DNA from: Clostridiaceae bacterium
GTDB taxonomy: Bacteria > Bacillota > Clostridia > Oscillospirales > QAMX01
Assembly: GCA_034926225.1 (NCBI GenBank)
Contig: JAYFRF010000004.1
Location: 40,499 to 104,498, forward strand
Direction: 5' to 3'
Length of the DNA: 64,000 nucleotides
The notes under the pieces were generated by a model. That model searched no databases and was not told where the DNA came from. It was given only the letters and a program-made list of their open reading frames with translations. The position numbers and the translations under genes are program-made. The number at the start of each line of letters is the position of its first letter. Position 1 is the stretch's first letter. Shown piece by piece: positions 1 through 7,775 of the stretch.

Positions 1-2
1 AG

Positions 3-1127
3 ACCCCTGAAGGCATTCTTGATGCCGTCACCTTCGATGGTAAGATTTATGCGGTAGTTCCGTTTAAGGATCTTGCCGAGAACAACTCCGTTCTGTACGA
101 TCAGCGCTGGCTCGATGAATCCGGACTGACAATGCCTGAGTGGACGCGTATGTATGATCTCGACGAACTCCTTTACGGTCTCCGCGAGTGGGTTGATACT
201 GCACATCCGGAACGCAAGGATATCCCGATTTCCGATATGTATTCCCTCTTCTATCGTAACTTTGACCTTGAAACCTATTCTAGCCAGAACACTACGATTG
301 CGACGAACTACAAAGGACTTGAGTTCATCGAAGGCTATGAAGCCGAAAAAGAAATGTTCTGTATGTATGATACCCCTGAATTCCTCGCGCATGTAAAGCG
401 CTTAAACCAGATGGTTACTGACCGCATCTATCCTTATGATATCGCGAACTACGATAAAGATAGAGTTAACCGCAAGAGCGGCGACCAGTTTGTCTGGTAT
501 TCTCAGGGCTACGTTTTCGCGCCGGATAACCTGACGGATTATGCCTGCAAACTGCAGATGCAGAGCGTATCCATGATGTTCACCGGTTATGTTCAGGCTG
601 CGATGAATGCTGTATATTCGGACACCGAAAATCCGGAAGCTGCCTGCAAGTACATTGAAATCATGAACAATGATCCGTTCCTTGGCACTCAGCTCCGCTT
701 TGGTTATGAAGGCACACACTGGACGCTCACTGACAATGGTCAGGCGGATTGCTCCATGGGTAAAGAATCCGGCGTCAAGTACTGGTACGGCGTTCAGATC
801 GGCGATATTACCAATTGTATTCTGCCGACCGACGTTTCTCCTGAATTCGGCAAAGCCCTTCAGGATCTGAACAATAACTCCATCCGTTCCTCCAACCTCG
901 GCTTCTCGCCGGATACTGCCAATGTCCTGAATGAAGTGACCGCTGTTGCGGCTGTTTGCACGGAGTATTTGAATAACACCAGCCTGTATTCCGGCATGCT
1001 TACCGACGCGGATACCGATAAGATCGTCGACGAGTTTGTCACGAAGCTGAAGGATAGCGGCGTTGAGACCATCCTCAATGAGTTCCAGACGCAGCTTGAC
1101 GCGTGGCGTTCTGCTAACGGCAAGTAA
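3..1127 (+). CDS. ABC transporter extracellular solute-binding protein (carbohydrate type, DUF3502-like C-terminus), 5'-truncated by the window edge
   Basis: The frame of ORF 132..1127 is open back to position 3 (TPEGILDAVTFDGKIYAVVP...). Typical clostridial SBP motifs: DGKIYAVP, NPEAACKYIEIMN, FGYEGTHW, LGFSPD and C-terminal 'AGVETILNEFQTQLDAW'-like helix. Confidence 0.75.
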   Translation, partial: TPEGILDAVTFDGKIYAVVPFKDLAENNSVLYDQRWLDESGLTMPEWTRMYDLDELLYGLREWVDTAHPERKDIPISDMYSLFYRNFDLETYSSQNTTIATNYKGLEFIEGYEAEKEMFCMYDTPEFLAHVKRLNQMVTDRIYPYDIANYDKDRVNRKSGDQFVWYSQGYVFAPDNLTDYACKLQMQSVSMMFTGYVQAAMNAVYSDTENPEAACKYIEIMNNDPFLGTQLRFGYEGTHWTLTDNGQADCSMGKESGVKYWYGVQIGDITNCILPTDVSPEFGKALQDLNNNSIRSSNLGFSPDTANVLNEVTAVAAVCTEYLNNTSLYSGMLTDADTDKIVDEFVTKLKDSGVETILNEFQTQLDAWRSANGK

Positions 1128-1141
1128 GTTAAACATTCACC

Positions 1142-1177
1142 AAATGAGTCCCACCGGGAAACCGGTGGGACTCATTT
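1142..1177 (+). terminator. Intrinsic terminator hairpin after the SBP gene
   Basis: Perfect 16-bp inverted repeat AAATGAGTCCCACCGG-gaaa-CCGGTGGGACTCATTT, followed by T. Confidence 0.8.
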
Positions 1178-1189
1178 TAAGTTTAAGGG

Positions 1190-1218
1190 TTGCGGAGAGC
1201 GAGGTTGTATGATATAAT
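1190..1218 (+). promoter_or_regulatory. sigma-A-type promoter for the DUF3842 / dehydrogenase / ddl operon
   Basis: TTGCGG-17 bp-TATAAT with an extended -10 TG; RBS GGAGG before the GTG at 1241. Confidence 0.6.
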
Positions 1219-1240
1219 ACCATCTCGGAGGGGATTTTAG

Positions 1241-1675
1241 GTGCATGTTATGGTTGTAGACGGTCAGGGAGGTAAACTTGGCCGTATGTTGATAGAACAG
1301 CTGAAAGCACGGTTGCCGGAGCTTGCGATAACGGCGATCGGTACGAATAGCATCGCTACCGCAACGATGTTGAAAGCCGGTGCGGATGCGGGGGCAACGG
1401 GTGAGAATCCGGTCGTCGTAGGTGCAAAGCGTGCAGATGTGATATTGGGGCCGGTGGGTATTATCATTGCGGATGCACTGTGGGGGGAGATTACAAAGAA
1501 GATGGCCAATGCCATCGGAACCGCGCCCGCGAAAAAGATACTTCTTCCCTATAATAAGTGCGATGTCATGATCGTCGGCACGCAGGGGATGTCGCCGACC
1601 GAAGCGGTAAGAGAAGCGGTTGAGCAGACCGTGAGATATATACAGGAAAATGAGGAAAGGAACCAAAAAGTATGA
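1241..1675 (+). CDS. DUF3842 family protein
   Basis: N-terminal VVDGQGGKLG, AIGTNSIAT.TMLKAGADAGATGENP, DVILGPVGIIIADALWGEIT are characteristic of this family. Confidence 0.8.
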   Translation: MHVMVVDGQGGKLGRMLIEQLKARLPELAITAIGTNSIATATMLKAGADAGATGENPVVVGAKRADVILGPVGIIIADALWGEITKKMANAIGTAPAKKILLPYNKCDVMIVGTQGMSPTEAVREAVEQTVRYIQENEERNQKV

Positions 1676-2631
1676 AAGTACTGGTAACACTCCCTTGCAA
1701 AGAAGAGCATAAAGCGCTATTGAAAGGCGCGTACCCGGACGCAAGCTTCGTGTACATCCCGGCATCCGAGCTTACCTCCGCGGATGTTGCGGATGTGGAA
1801 ATAACCATCGGGAATATGCCGTCGGTGCTTTTAGCAGATTGCAAAAAGCTGCGCTGGCTCCAGCTGAACAGTGCAGGAGCGGATCAGTATCTGGGGAAGA
1901 TGCCGGAGGGCGCCATGCTGACAAATGCAACCGGTGCCTATGGGCTTGCGATTTCCGAACATATGCTGGGGATGCTGCTTGCGATCATGAAAAAGCTTCA
2001 TGTGTATTATGACAACCAACATGCGCATCTGTGGCGGGATGAGGGGCCAGTCTGGGCGATCGAGGGATCGACAGCGCTCATCTTGGGAGCAGGGGATATC
2101 GGCGGTGACTTCGCGCGGAAGGTACATGCACTGGGAGCATATACGATCGGCGTAAGACGAACAGCGACGAAGAAGGATGCGTGGCTTGATGAACTGCATC
2201 GTATGGAGGCTTTAGACGAGCTGTTGCCGAGAGCGGACATCATTGCGATGTGCCTGCCGGGTACGCAGGAGACGAAGGGGATCATAAACGCCGAAAGGCT
2301 TGCGATGATGAAGAAGAATGCGATCATTTTGAATATCGGACGCGGTACCGCGATTGATACAGAGGCGCTGTGCGATGCGCTGGAAAAGCGGCAGATCGGC
2401 GGCGCAGGGTTAGATGTGACCGATCCCGAGCCGCTGCCGCCGGATCATCGGCTGTGGGATATGCCCAATGCGATCGTGACACCACATATTTCGGGGTTCT
2501 ACCATTTGCAGCAGACATTTGACAGAATTGTGCGTATCAGTGCGGAAAACCTCGCAGCATTCCGAGAAGGAAAGCAGCTTCGGAATGTGATCAATGAAAA
2601 GATCGGGTATAGAACGCTGCGTGAGGAATAA
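1672..2631 (+). CDS. D-isomer-specific 2-hydroxyacid dehydrogenase (NAD-binding)
   Basis: SAGADQY, LTNATG, Rossmann motif ILGAGDIGG, LNIGRG, GAGLDVTDPEPLP, catalytic TPHISG; ATGA overlap with the upstream gene. Confidence 0.9.
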   Translation: MKVLVTLPCKEEHKALLKGAYPDASFVYIPASELTSADVADVEITIGNMPSVLLADCKKLRWLQLNSAGADQYLGKMPEGAMLTNATGAYGLAISEHMLGMLLAIMKKLHVYYDNQHAHLWRDEGPVWAIEGSTALILGAGDIGGDFARKVHALGAYTIGVRRTATKKDAWLDELHRMEALDELLPRADIIAMCLPGTQETKGIINAERLAMMKKNAIILNIGRGTAIDTEALCDALEKRQIGGAGLDVTDPEPLPPDHRLWDMPNAIVTPHISGFYHLQQTFDRIVRISAENLAAFREGKQLRNVINEKIGYRTLREE

Positions 2632-2678
2632 ACGGTAGACACTACGCATAAAGTGAAGAAAAACTGAAAGGCATAATT

Positions 2679-3686
2679 ATGAGAATATTGGTATTAGCTG
2701 GCGGATTGAGTCCCGAAAGGGATGTTTCGCTGTCCTCGGGATGCCTAATTGCCAATGCATTGATGAAGAACGGCTGCGAAGTCGCGATGGCGGATGTGTT
2801 TACCGGTGTGGATGCTGAAAAAACGGTTTTCAAAACGGATTTGGAACATCCATACGAGTATAAAATACCCGAAAAGGAGCCGGATTTGGATGCTTTACGG
2901 AGGGTGAATCCGGGAAACGCTTTAATGGGGCCGGGGATTCTCGAATTGGCGCGGAAAGCGGACGTCGTTTTCCTTGGGCTGCATGGCGGTATGGGGGAAA
3001 ACGGGCAGATTCAAGCGACGCTGGATACCTTTGGCATCCCGTATACCGGTTCTGGATATGAGGCTTGTGTTCTGGCGATGAATAAGGAGCTGACGAAGAA
3101 GCTGCTGGACGCTGAGGAAATACCGACGCCCAAGGGGTTTGTCACGAAAGCGATGCCGGAGAATGTGCCGTATCCCTGCTTTGTCAAGCCGGTCAGCGGC
3201 GGATCAAGCATCGGCACGTCGCGCGTGGACAGCAAGGCCGAACTTGAAAAAGCCATCCGTGAGGCGCAGCGGTATGAACAATCGGTGCTGATCGAGGAAA
3301 TGGTATGCGGCCGCGAGTTTTCCGTGGGTATGTTGGATGGGCAGGTGCTGCCGCCGATTGAGATCATTCCATTGGAGGGGTTTTACGACTACCTGCGTAA
3401 GTATCAAGCGGGACTGACACGGGAAATCTGCCCAGCGCAGTTGACGGCAGAGCAGGTGCGGGAAGTGCAGAACCTGACCATGCGTGTGGTAAAGATATTG
3501 GGACTGCGCGATTATGGGCGGGTGGATTTCATTATGAACGAAAAAACCGGGCGGTTTGTCTGCCTGGAAGCAAACACCCTGCCCGGTATGACGCCCATGA
3601 GCTTACTGCCGCAAGAAGCGCGTGCGGTGGGAATATCCTACGAACAGGTCTGCAAGAGGATCGTAGAGCTGGCGCTCGCGCATTAA
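2679..3686 (+). CDS. ddl: D-alanine--D-alanine ligase
   Basis: GGLSPERDVSLSSG, LHGGMGENGQIQ, PYTGSG, KPVSGGSSIG, EIIP...FYDY..KY, GRVDF, EANTLPGMT. The omega-loop Tyr (RKYQ) is of the D-Ala-D-Ala type. Confidence 0.92.
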   Translation: MRILVLAGGLSPERDVSLSSGCLIANALMKNGCEVAMADVFTGVDAEKTVFKTDLEHPYEYKIPEKEPDLDALRRVNPGNALMGPGILELARKADVVFLGLHGGMGENGQIQATLDTFGIPYTGSGYEACVLAMNKELTKKLLDAEEIPTPKGFVTKAMPENVPYPCFVKPVSGGSSIGTSRVDSKAELEKAIREAQRYEQSVLIEEMVCGREFSVGMLDGQVLPPIEIIPLEGFYDYLRKYQAGLTREICPAQLTAEQVREVQNLTMRVVKILGLRDYGRVDFIMNEKTGRFVCLEANTLPGMTPMSLLPQEARAVGISYEQVCKRIVELALAH

Positions 3687-5017
3687 CCGCCGCGCGCCTC
3701 GAGATTGTGAAGCCGCAGGAGGATGGTTGCAAGCTCCGCGCGGGTAGCCGTCCCCTGCGGATCAAAGCTTCCATCCGCGTTGCCGCGGATCAGACCGAGT
3801 GATGCAACGGTTGATACGGCGGTCCGCGCCCAGACGCTGATGCGTTTAGTGTCGGTAAAAGCGACTTTCCGATCCTTGAAAGACAGAGCCGCGGAAGCGG
3901 AAAGATATTGGTATAACAGCACGCAGAGCTGCTCGCGTGTGACAGAGGCGTCGGGGGAAAATTTTCCGTTACCGGTGCCTTTTGTAATACCGAGAGTTGA
4001 TGCCCAGAGGATATAGGCCGCGTCGGAACGTGTAGCGGGAACATCGGAAAAGCCCGTGTTACCGCGGTAATCGTTGGCGTTCATCCCTGCATAACGCCCG
4101 AGAGCACGAACGAAGCCGCCGCGTGTGAGGATGCTGTTAGGCTGAAAGTGTGACGTACGGTTGAAGATCGAACGGGAGAGCGTGTAATAGGCGGGGATAC
4201 GATACCAGTCGGACGCGGAGACATCGGAGCAGGCGAGAGTAAGGTAAGTTGTAAGCGGAACGGCTGACATAACCGCGTCAGCTATGAGACGATGACCGGC
4301 CGCATTCGGGTGCGGGTCATAACCGCCATTTAGGATGTCGGCGTTGGTCAATCCCACCGAATCGATGACAGAATGGATATCGACGAGGATGTAATTCGCG
4401 CTGATGGGAAAGGCCGCGTTAAGGGGCGTAATCCAGACCTCCGCAAAGGAACCCAGATCGAAGACAGAGGTACCGAGGGTGAAAGCCTGTCCGATGTAGG
4501 GATTGAAGATATTATTGGCGATCACCGGCACGCCGGGGGATTTTTTCGCAATATAAGCGAGAATAGAATTAAAATTCTCGGCAAATTGGGAAGCGATCTT
4601 ATAAATTACCTGAGAATCGGCTTCTTTGCCGGAGAGTTGGCTGATGATTTCGCGATAGAGCGCGCTGGTCATGCCGCTGGCAGCGTTTTTCGAGGATAGC
4701 TCCCGAAGAAGATCGTTCGCGCCGATGGAAAGAGTTATGACAGACGCAGAACGAAGAGCATCGTCATACCGGCCGCTTTGGAGCGCGGCCAGAAGCTCAC
4801 CGCTGGTTTGACCGTTGATCGCGCAATTGTCGAGCGTCGCGCCAAGAGTATCGGCAAGCAGGGCGGGGTAGGAGAGGCCTGTGTCGGCAAGACCGTAGCC
4901 GGTTGCCACACTGTCGCCGAGCGCAAGAAGGACGGGCTTGCCCGCGAGATGAGCGGATGGGAGTAGGGTGGTTACAACAAGTACGCAGAGTACCAGGGCC
5001 AAGAATCGTTTGAGCAT
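3683..5017 (-). CDS. Secreted SGNH/GDSL esterase with C-terminal S-layer homology (SLH) domains
   Basis: Start reassigned to the ATG at 5017 (RBS GGAGGT). Signal peptide MLKRFLALVLCVLVV; SGNH blocks LGDS, NGQTS, IGAND, DPHPN; SLH repeats (FSDVP...WA..LGITKG.GNGKFSPDASVTREQL; FTDTKRISVWA...GLIRGNADGSFDPQGTATRAE). Confidence 0.85.
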   Translation of the reverse strand: MLKRFLALVLCVLVVTTLLPSAHLAGKPVLLALGDSVATGYGLADTGLSYPALLADTLGATLDNCAINGQTSGELLAALQSGRYDDALRSASVITLSIGANDLLRELSSKNAASGMTSALYREIISQLSGKEADSQVIYKIASQFAENFNSILAYIAKKSPGVPVIANNIFNPYIGQAFTLGTSVFDLGSFAEVWITPLNAAFPISANYILVDIHSVIDSVGLTNADILNGGYDPHPNAAGHRLIADAVMSAVPLTTYLTLACSDVSASDWYRIPAYYTLSRSIFNRTSHFQPNSILTRGGFVRALGRYAGMNANDYRGNTGFSDVPATRSDAAYILWASTLGITKGTGNGKFSPDASVTREQLCVLLYQYLSASAALSFKDRKVAFTDTKRISVWARTAVSTVASLGLIRGNADGSFDPQGTATRAELATILLRLHNLEARGG

Positions 5018-5034
5018 AGGTATACCTCCGGAGA

Positions 5035-5550
5035 TCAGGTTAAACGAACCATGGATAAAGGGGAATAGCATAGTTTTCCCGCAATGCGAGAAGATTCCAT
5101 CAGTTCAATACAGTCGACCGTCATAGATTGCGGCTGAAGGGATGGAAAGAGGTAGTCTGGCGGGAGGATGTATTCCCGCGCAAGGGTTAAATGAGGATGA
5201 TATGCGCGGTTTTCCGTAGAAAATCCTGCATTTTGAAGGAATACGCGAAGATCTTTATATAATAAGGTCAGCTCTTTCGACGGTAATATGCCGGCCCAAA
5301 GGACACCTGAGTCGAACCTGCCTAGACCGGAGATCGTGAGCGGAAAAGCGGGACATACCGCGGCAAGCAGGATATTAGAAAGCGTCTCGACCGCGGCGGA
5401 CGGCTGCTCACCGAGAAAGTGCAGCGTAATATGCAAGTTTTCCGGACGGGTAAAGTTGCCGCGAACCCCGTCGCGGCGAAGCGAAGCTATGGTGTTGTCA
5501 AGCAAGTCGCGCATGATGTCGGAAAGCGGGATAGCCAGAAACAGACGCAT
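5035..5550 (-). CDS. thpR: RNA 2',3'-cyclic phosphodiesterase (2H phosphoesterase)
   Basis: MRLFLAI start, two HxT motifs (HITL, HLTL), C-terminal LMES...Y. Confidence 0.85.
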   Translation of the reverse strand: MRLFLAIPLSDIMRDLLDNTIASLRRDGVRGNFTRPENLHITLHFLGEQPSAAVETLSNILLAAVCPAFPLTISGLGRFDSGVLWAGILPSKELTLLYKDLRVFLQNAGFSTENRAYHPHLTLAREYILPPDYLFPSLQPQSMTVDCIELMESSRIAGKLCYSPLSMVRLT

Positions 5551-5613
5551 AAGAGCAGGAAGCCTCCTCGCATAATGTATTTACAGTGATTTTGACGAAG
5601 GCACCGTATAAAC

Positions 5614-5642
5614 TTGTTTTCTTACGATGAATGTGGGATAAT
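5614..5642 (+). promoter_or_regulatory. Candidate promoter upstream of the GNAT gene
   Basis: TTGTTT-17 bp-GATAAT with an extended -10 TG. Confidence 0.35.
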
Positions 5643-5663
5643 GAGCGTAACAGAGGAGCGCGG

Positions 5664-5744
5664 TTGCACGGAAGCTGGCAACATTATTTTTACGATTCCA
5701 GTGAGAACAGAGCATATCAGACACAGCCGCCGAAAAATGGCTGA
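5664..5744 (+). CDS. Possible 26-aa upstream ORF or gene remnant (MHGSWQHYFYDSSENRAYQTQPPKNG)
   Basis: RBS AGAGGAG at 5652-5658, TTG start at 5664; the TGA stop overlaps the RBS of the GNAT gene. Translation is unproven. Confidence 0.25.
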   Translation: MHGSWQHYFYDSSENRAYQTQPPKNG

Positions 5745-5750
5745 GAGGAA

Positions 5751-6212
5751 ATGATCACAATGCAATTATACGTTGAAAAAGAACCTTCGCAGGATACAAT
5801 CAATCAAATCGCAGCTATTGCGCAAGATTACACTGTGGATTACTTTACCGAAAATGTCCCTGCCGATACGAGAAATGATTTGCTCTTCCAAAGGGCTGCG
5901 TATTTGAAAAAAAGTAATGAAATTGTCGCATTTATTGTTTTTACTTGCTTGGACGGATGTCCCCATATCACTTTATTGGCTACAAAAAGAGCGTATGCAG
6001 GTAAGGGATACGGCAAATTGTTAATGCATTATTTTGTATCCCATGTAACAGAATTAGGCTTTCACTCTGTGGAAGTGATGACTGTTTTACCGGAATCAAA
6101 GCCGGTATATTTTTCGACTGCTGCATTTTACAAAAGCGTTGGATTTGTTATTACTGACATCTACCCGTTCCTTTGGGAATCTGGTGCCATTAAATTAAAA
6201 AAATCATGGTAG
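5751..6212 (+). CDS. GNAT family N-acetyltransferase, AT-rich
   Basis: Acetyl-CoA motif A (ITLLATKRAYAGKGYGKLLM) and motif B (AAFYKSVGF); codons much more AT-rich than the neighbours. Confidence 0.8.
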   Translation: MITMQLYVEKEPSQDTINQIAAIAQDYTVDYFTENVPADTRNDLLFQRAAYLKKSNEIVAFIVFTCLDGCPHITLLATKRAYAGKGYGKLLMHYFVSHVTELGFHSVEVMTVLPESKPVYFSTAAFYKSVGFVITDIYPFLWESGAIKLKKSW

Positions 6213-6333
6213 TTCCCATCGCCGTATTTTATATTTAGGCTTGACTTCTTATAGCTGGTCTTTCGGATATGGCATCATAGATGCAGTATAGCATAATATT
6301 GTGGAAAATGCAATGAAGTTTGCCTGATAGTAC

Positions 6334-6362
6334 TTGCAAAATCAAGACGAATGTGGTTTAAT
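6334..6362 (+). promoter_or_regulatory. sigma-A-type promoter for the amidohydrolase / oxidoreductase pair
   Basis: TTGCAA-17 bp-TTTAAT with an extended -10 TG. Confidence 0.5.
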
Positions 6363-6391
6363 GAAGAAAAGAAGGATTTGAGGGAGATATA

Positions 6392-7759
6392 TTGAAAGAA
6401 AAGCTTTGCCAGGCGATTGATGAGCGAGCGGATGCGTATTGTGCCTTAAGCGACGAGATTTGGGGTTATGCGGAGACAGCCTTTGCGGAAAACCGGTCAG
6501 CAGAAGCGCTCGCAGCGTTCCTCGAAGCGGATGGTTTTCAGGTGACACGCGGTGTTGCGGGAATTGAAACCGCCTTTACCGCGACATACGGCGAGGGCGG
6601 CGTCCATCTCGGAATTTTAGGTGAGTATGATGCCTTAGCCGATCTCGAGCAGACCTCGATGAGTACGGAACAGTCCCCGCCCGCCGGTCGTCCCGGGCAT
6701 GGGTGCGGACATAACCTCCTCGGCGCGGGCGCACTCGCAGCAGCCTGTGCGATCAAGGCGTATCTTGCCGAAGGGCATCCCGGATGTGTGACGTACTTCG
6801 GCTGTCCCGGCGAGGAAGGCGGCTCTGGCAAGACCTTCATGGCGCGGGATGGCGTGTTCGACGGTGTTGACGCGGCGCTTTCGTGGCATCCCGGCAGCAA
6901 GACGAGCGTGGCGTCGTCGTCGAGTCTTGCTAACTATCAGATCCTCTACCGATTCCACGGCATCGCGGCGCATGCGGCGGGACAGCCTCACCTGGGACGC
7001 TCGGCGCTTGACGCGGTGGAGATGATGAACATCGGCGTGCAGTTCCTGCGGGAGCATATCCCGCAAGCGGCGCGTATCCATTACGCGATCACCGATACCG
7101 GGGGTTACTCACCGAATGTCGTCCAAGCGGAGGCGTCGGTGCTGTATCTGATGCGTATGCCGCAGGTGACCGATCTCGCGGAGCTGTATGAGCGGGTGAA
7201 CGATATCGCGCGCGGCGCGGCGCTGATGACCGGAACCAGCGTGGAGAGCACGTTTATCAAGGCATGTTCCAATACGCTGACAAACCGGCCGCTGATGGAA
7301 GCCATGTACACCAATATGCTGGCGATTCCGGGGCCGGCATACGACGAGGAGGAGACCTCTTTCGCGGAGAAGCTGCGCGGGACTTTCGCAAGCGCCACGG
7401 AAGGCGGCGCGTTTGATACCGCCGTCGATCCGCTGCCGGAGACGGAGGGGACGGGGACCGGCTCAACCGATGTCGGCGATGTCAGTTGGATCTGCCCTAC
7501 GGTTTACTGCTATGTGGTGACGGCGCCGCGTGAGACACCGGGACATACATGGCAGATGACGAGCTGCGGTAAGGCAAGTTTTGCCCATAAGGGGATGCTG
7601 TATGCAGCAAAGGTGATTGCGATGACGGCGATGGATCTATACGAAGATGAAACGCTGCTGGCACACGCGAAGGAAGAGCTGCATAAACGCACAGACGGGC
7701 AGTATATCTGCCCGATACCCGAAGGAATCAAACCCAGAAGTATCAGTGATGTTAAATAA
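6392..7759 (+). CDS. M20 family amidohydrolase, p-aminobenzoyl-glutamate hydrolase subunit B (AbgB)-like
   Basis: ILGEYDAL, GHGCGHNLLG, GCPGEEGGSGK, WHP, GIAAHAA.QPHLGRSALDAVEMMN, GSTDVGDVSW, HTWQ. TTG start with RBS GAGGGAG. Confidence 0.85.
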   Translation: MKEKLCQAIDERADAYCALSDEIWGYAETAFAENRSAEALAAFLEADGFQVTRGVAGIETAFTATYGEGGVHLGILGEYDALADLEQTSMSTEQSPPAGRPGHGCGHNLLGAGALAAACAIKAYLAEGHPGCVTYFGCPGEEGGSGKTFMARDGVFDGVDAALSWHPGSKTSVASSSSLANYQILYRFHGIAAHAAGQPHLGRSALDAVEMMNIGVQFLREHIPQAARIHYAITDTGGYSPNVVQAEASVLYLMRMPQVTDLAELYERVNDIARGAALMTGTSVESTFIKACSNTLTNRPLMEAMYTNMLAIPGPAYDEEETSFAEKLRGTFASATEGGAFDTAVDPLPETEGTGTGSTDVGDVSWICPTVYCYVVTAPRETPGHTWQMTSCGKASFAHKGMLYAAKVIAMTAMDLYEDETLLAHAKEELHKRTDGQYICPIPEGIKPRSISDVK

Positions 7760-7775
7760 ACGGAGGTAAATACTT

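Noticed and set aside
1672-3686. vanH-vanA-like glycopeptide resistance cluster
   Set aside because: The ligase has the D-Ala-D-Ala-type Tyr (RKYQ) and lacks the VanA His motif; no vanX, vanR or vanS; the dehydrogenase is not of the LDH/VanH type by motif.
5645-5750. Lysine or glycine riboswitch upstream of the GNAT gene (AGAGGAGCGC, CGCCGAA)
   Set aside because: Too short for an L-box, lacks the remaining conserved elements, and there is no glycine-aptamer CTCTCAGG.
6213-6225. 12-mer TCCCATCGCCGT shared between the GNAT 3' flank and about 60989, as a mobile-element end
   Set aside because: Many 12-mer matches are expected by chance in 64 kb, and the surrounding sequence does not align.
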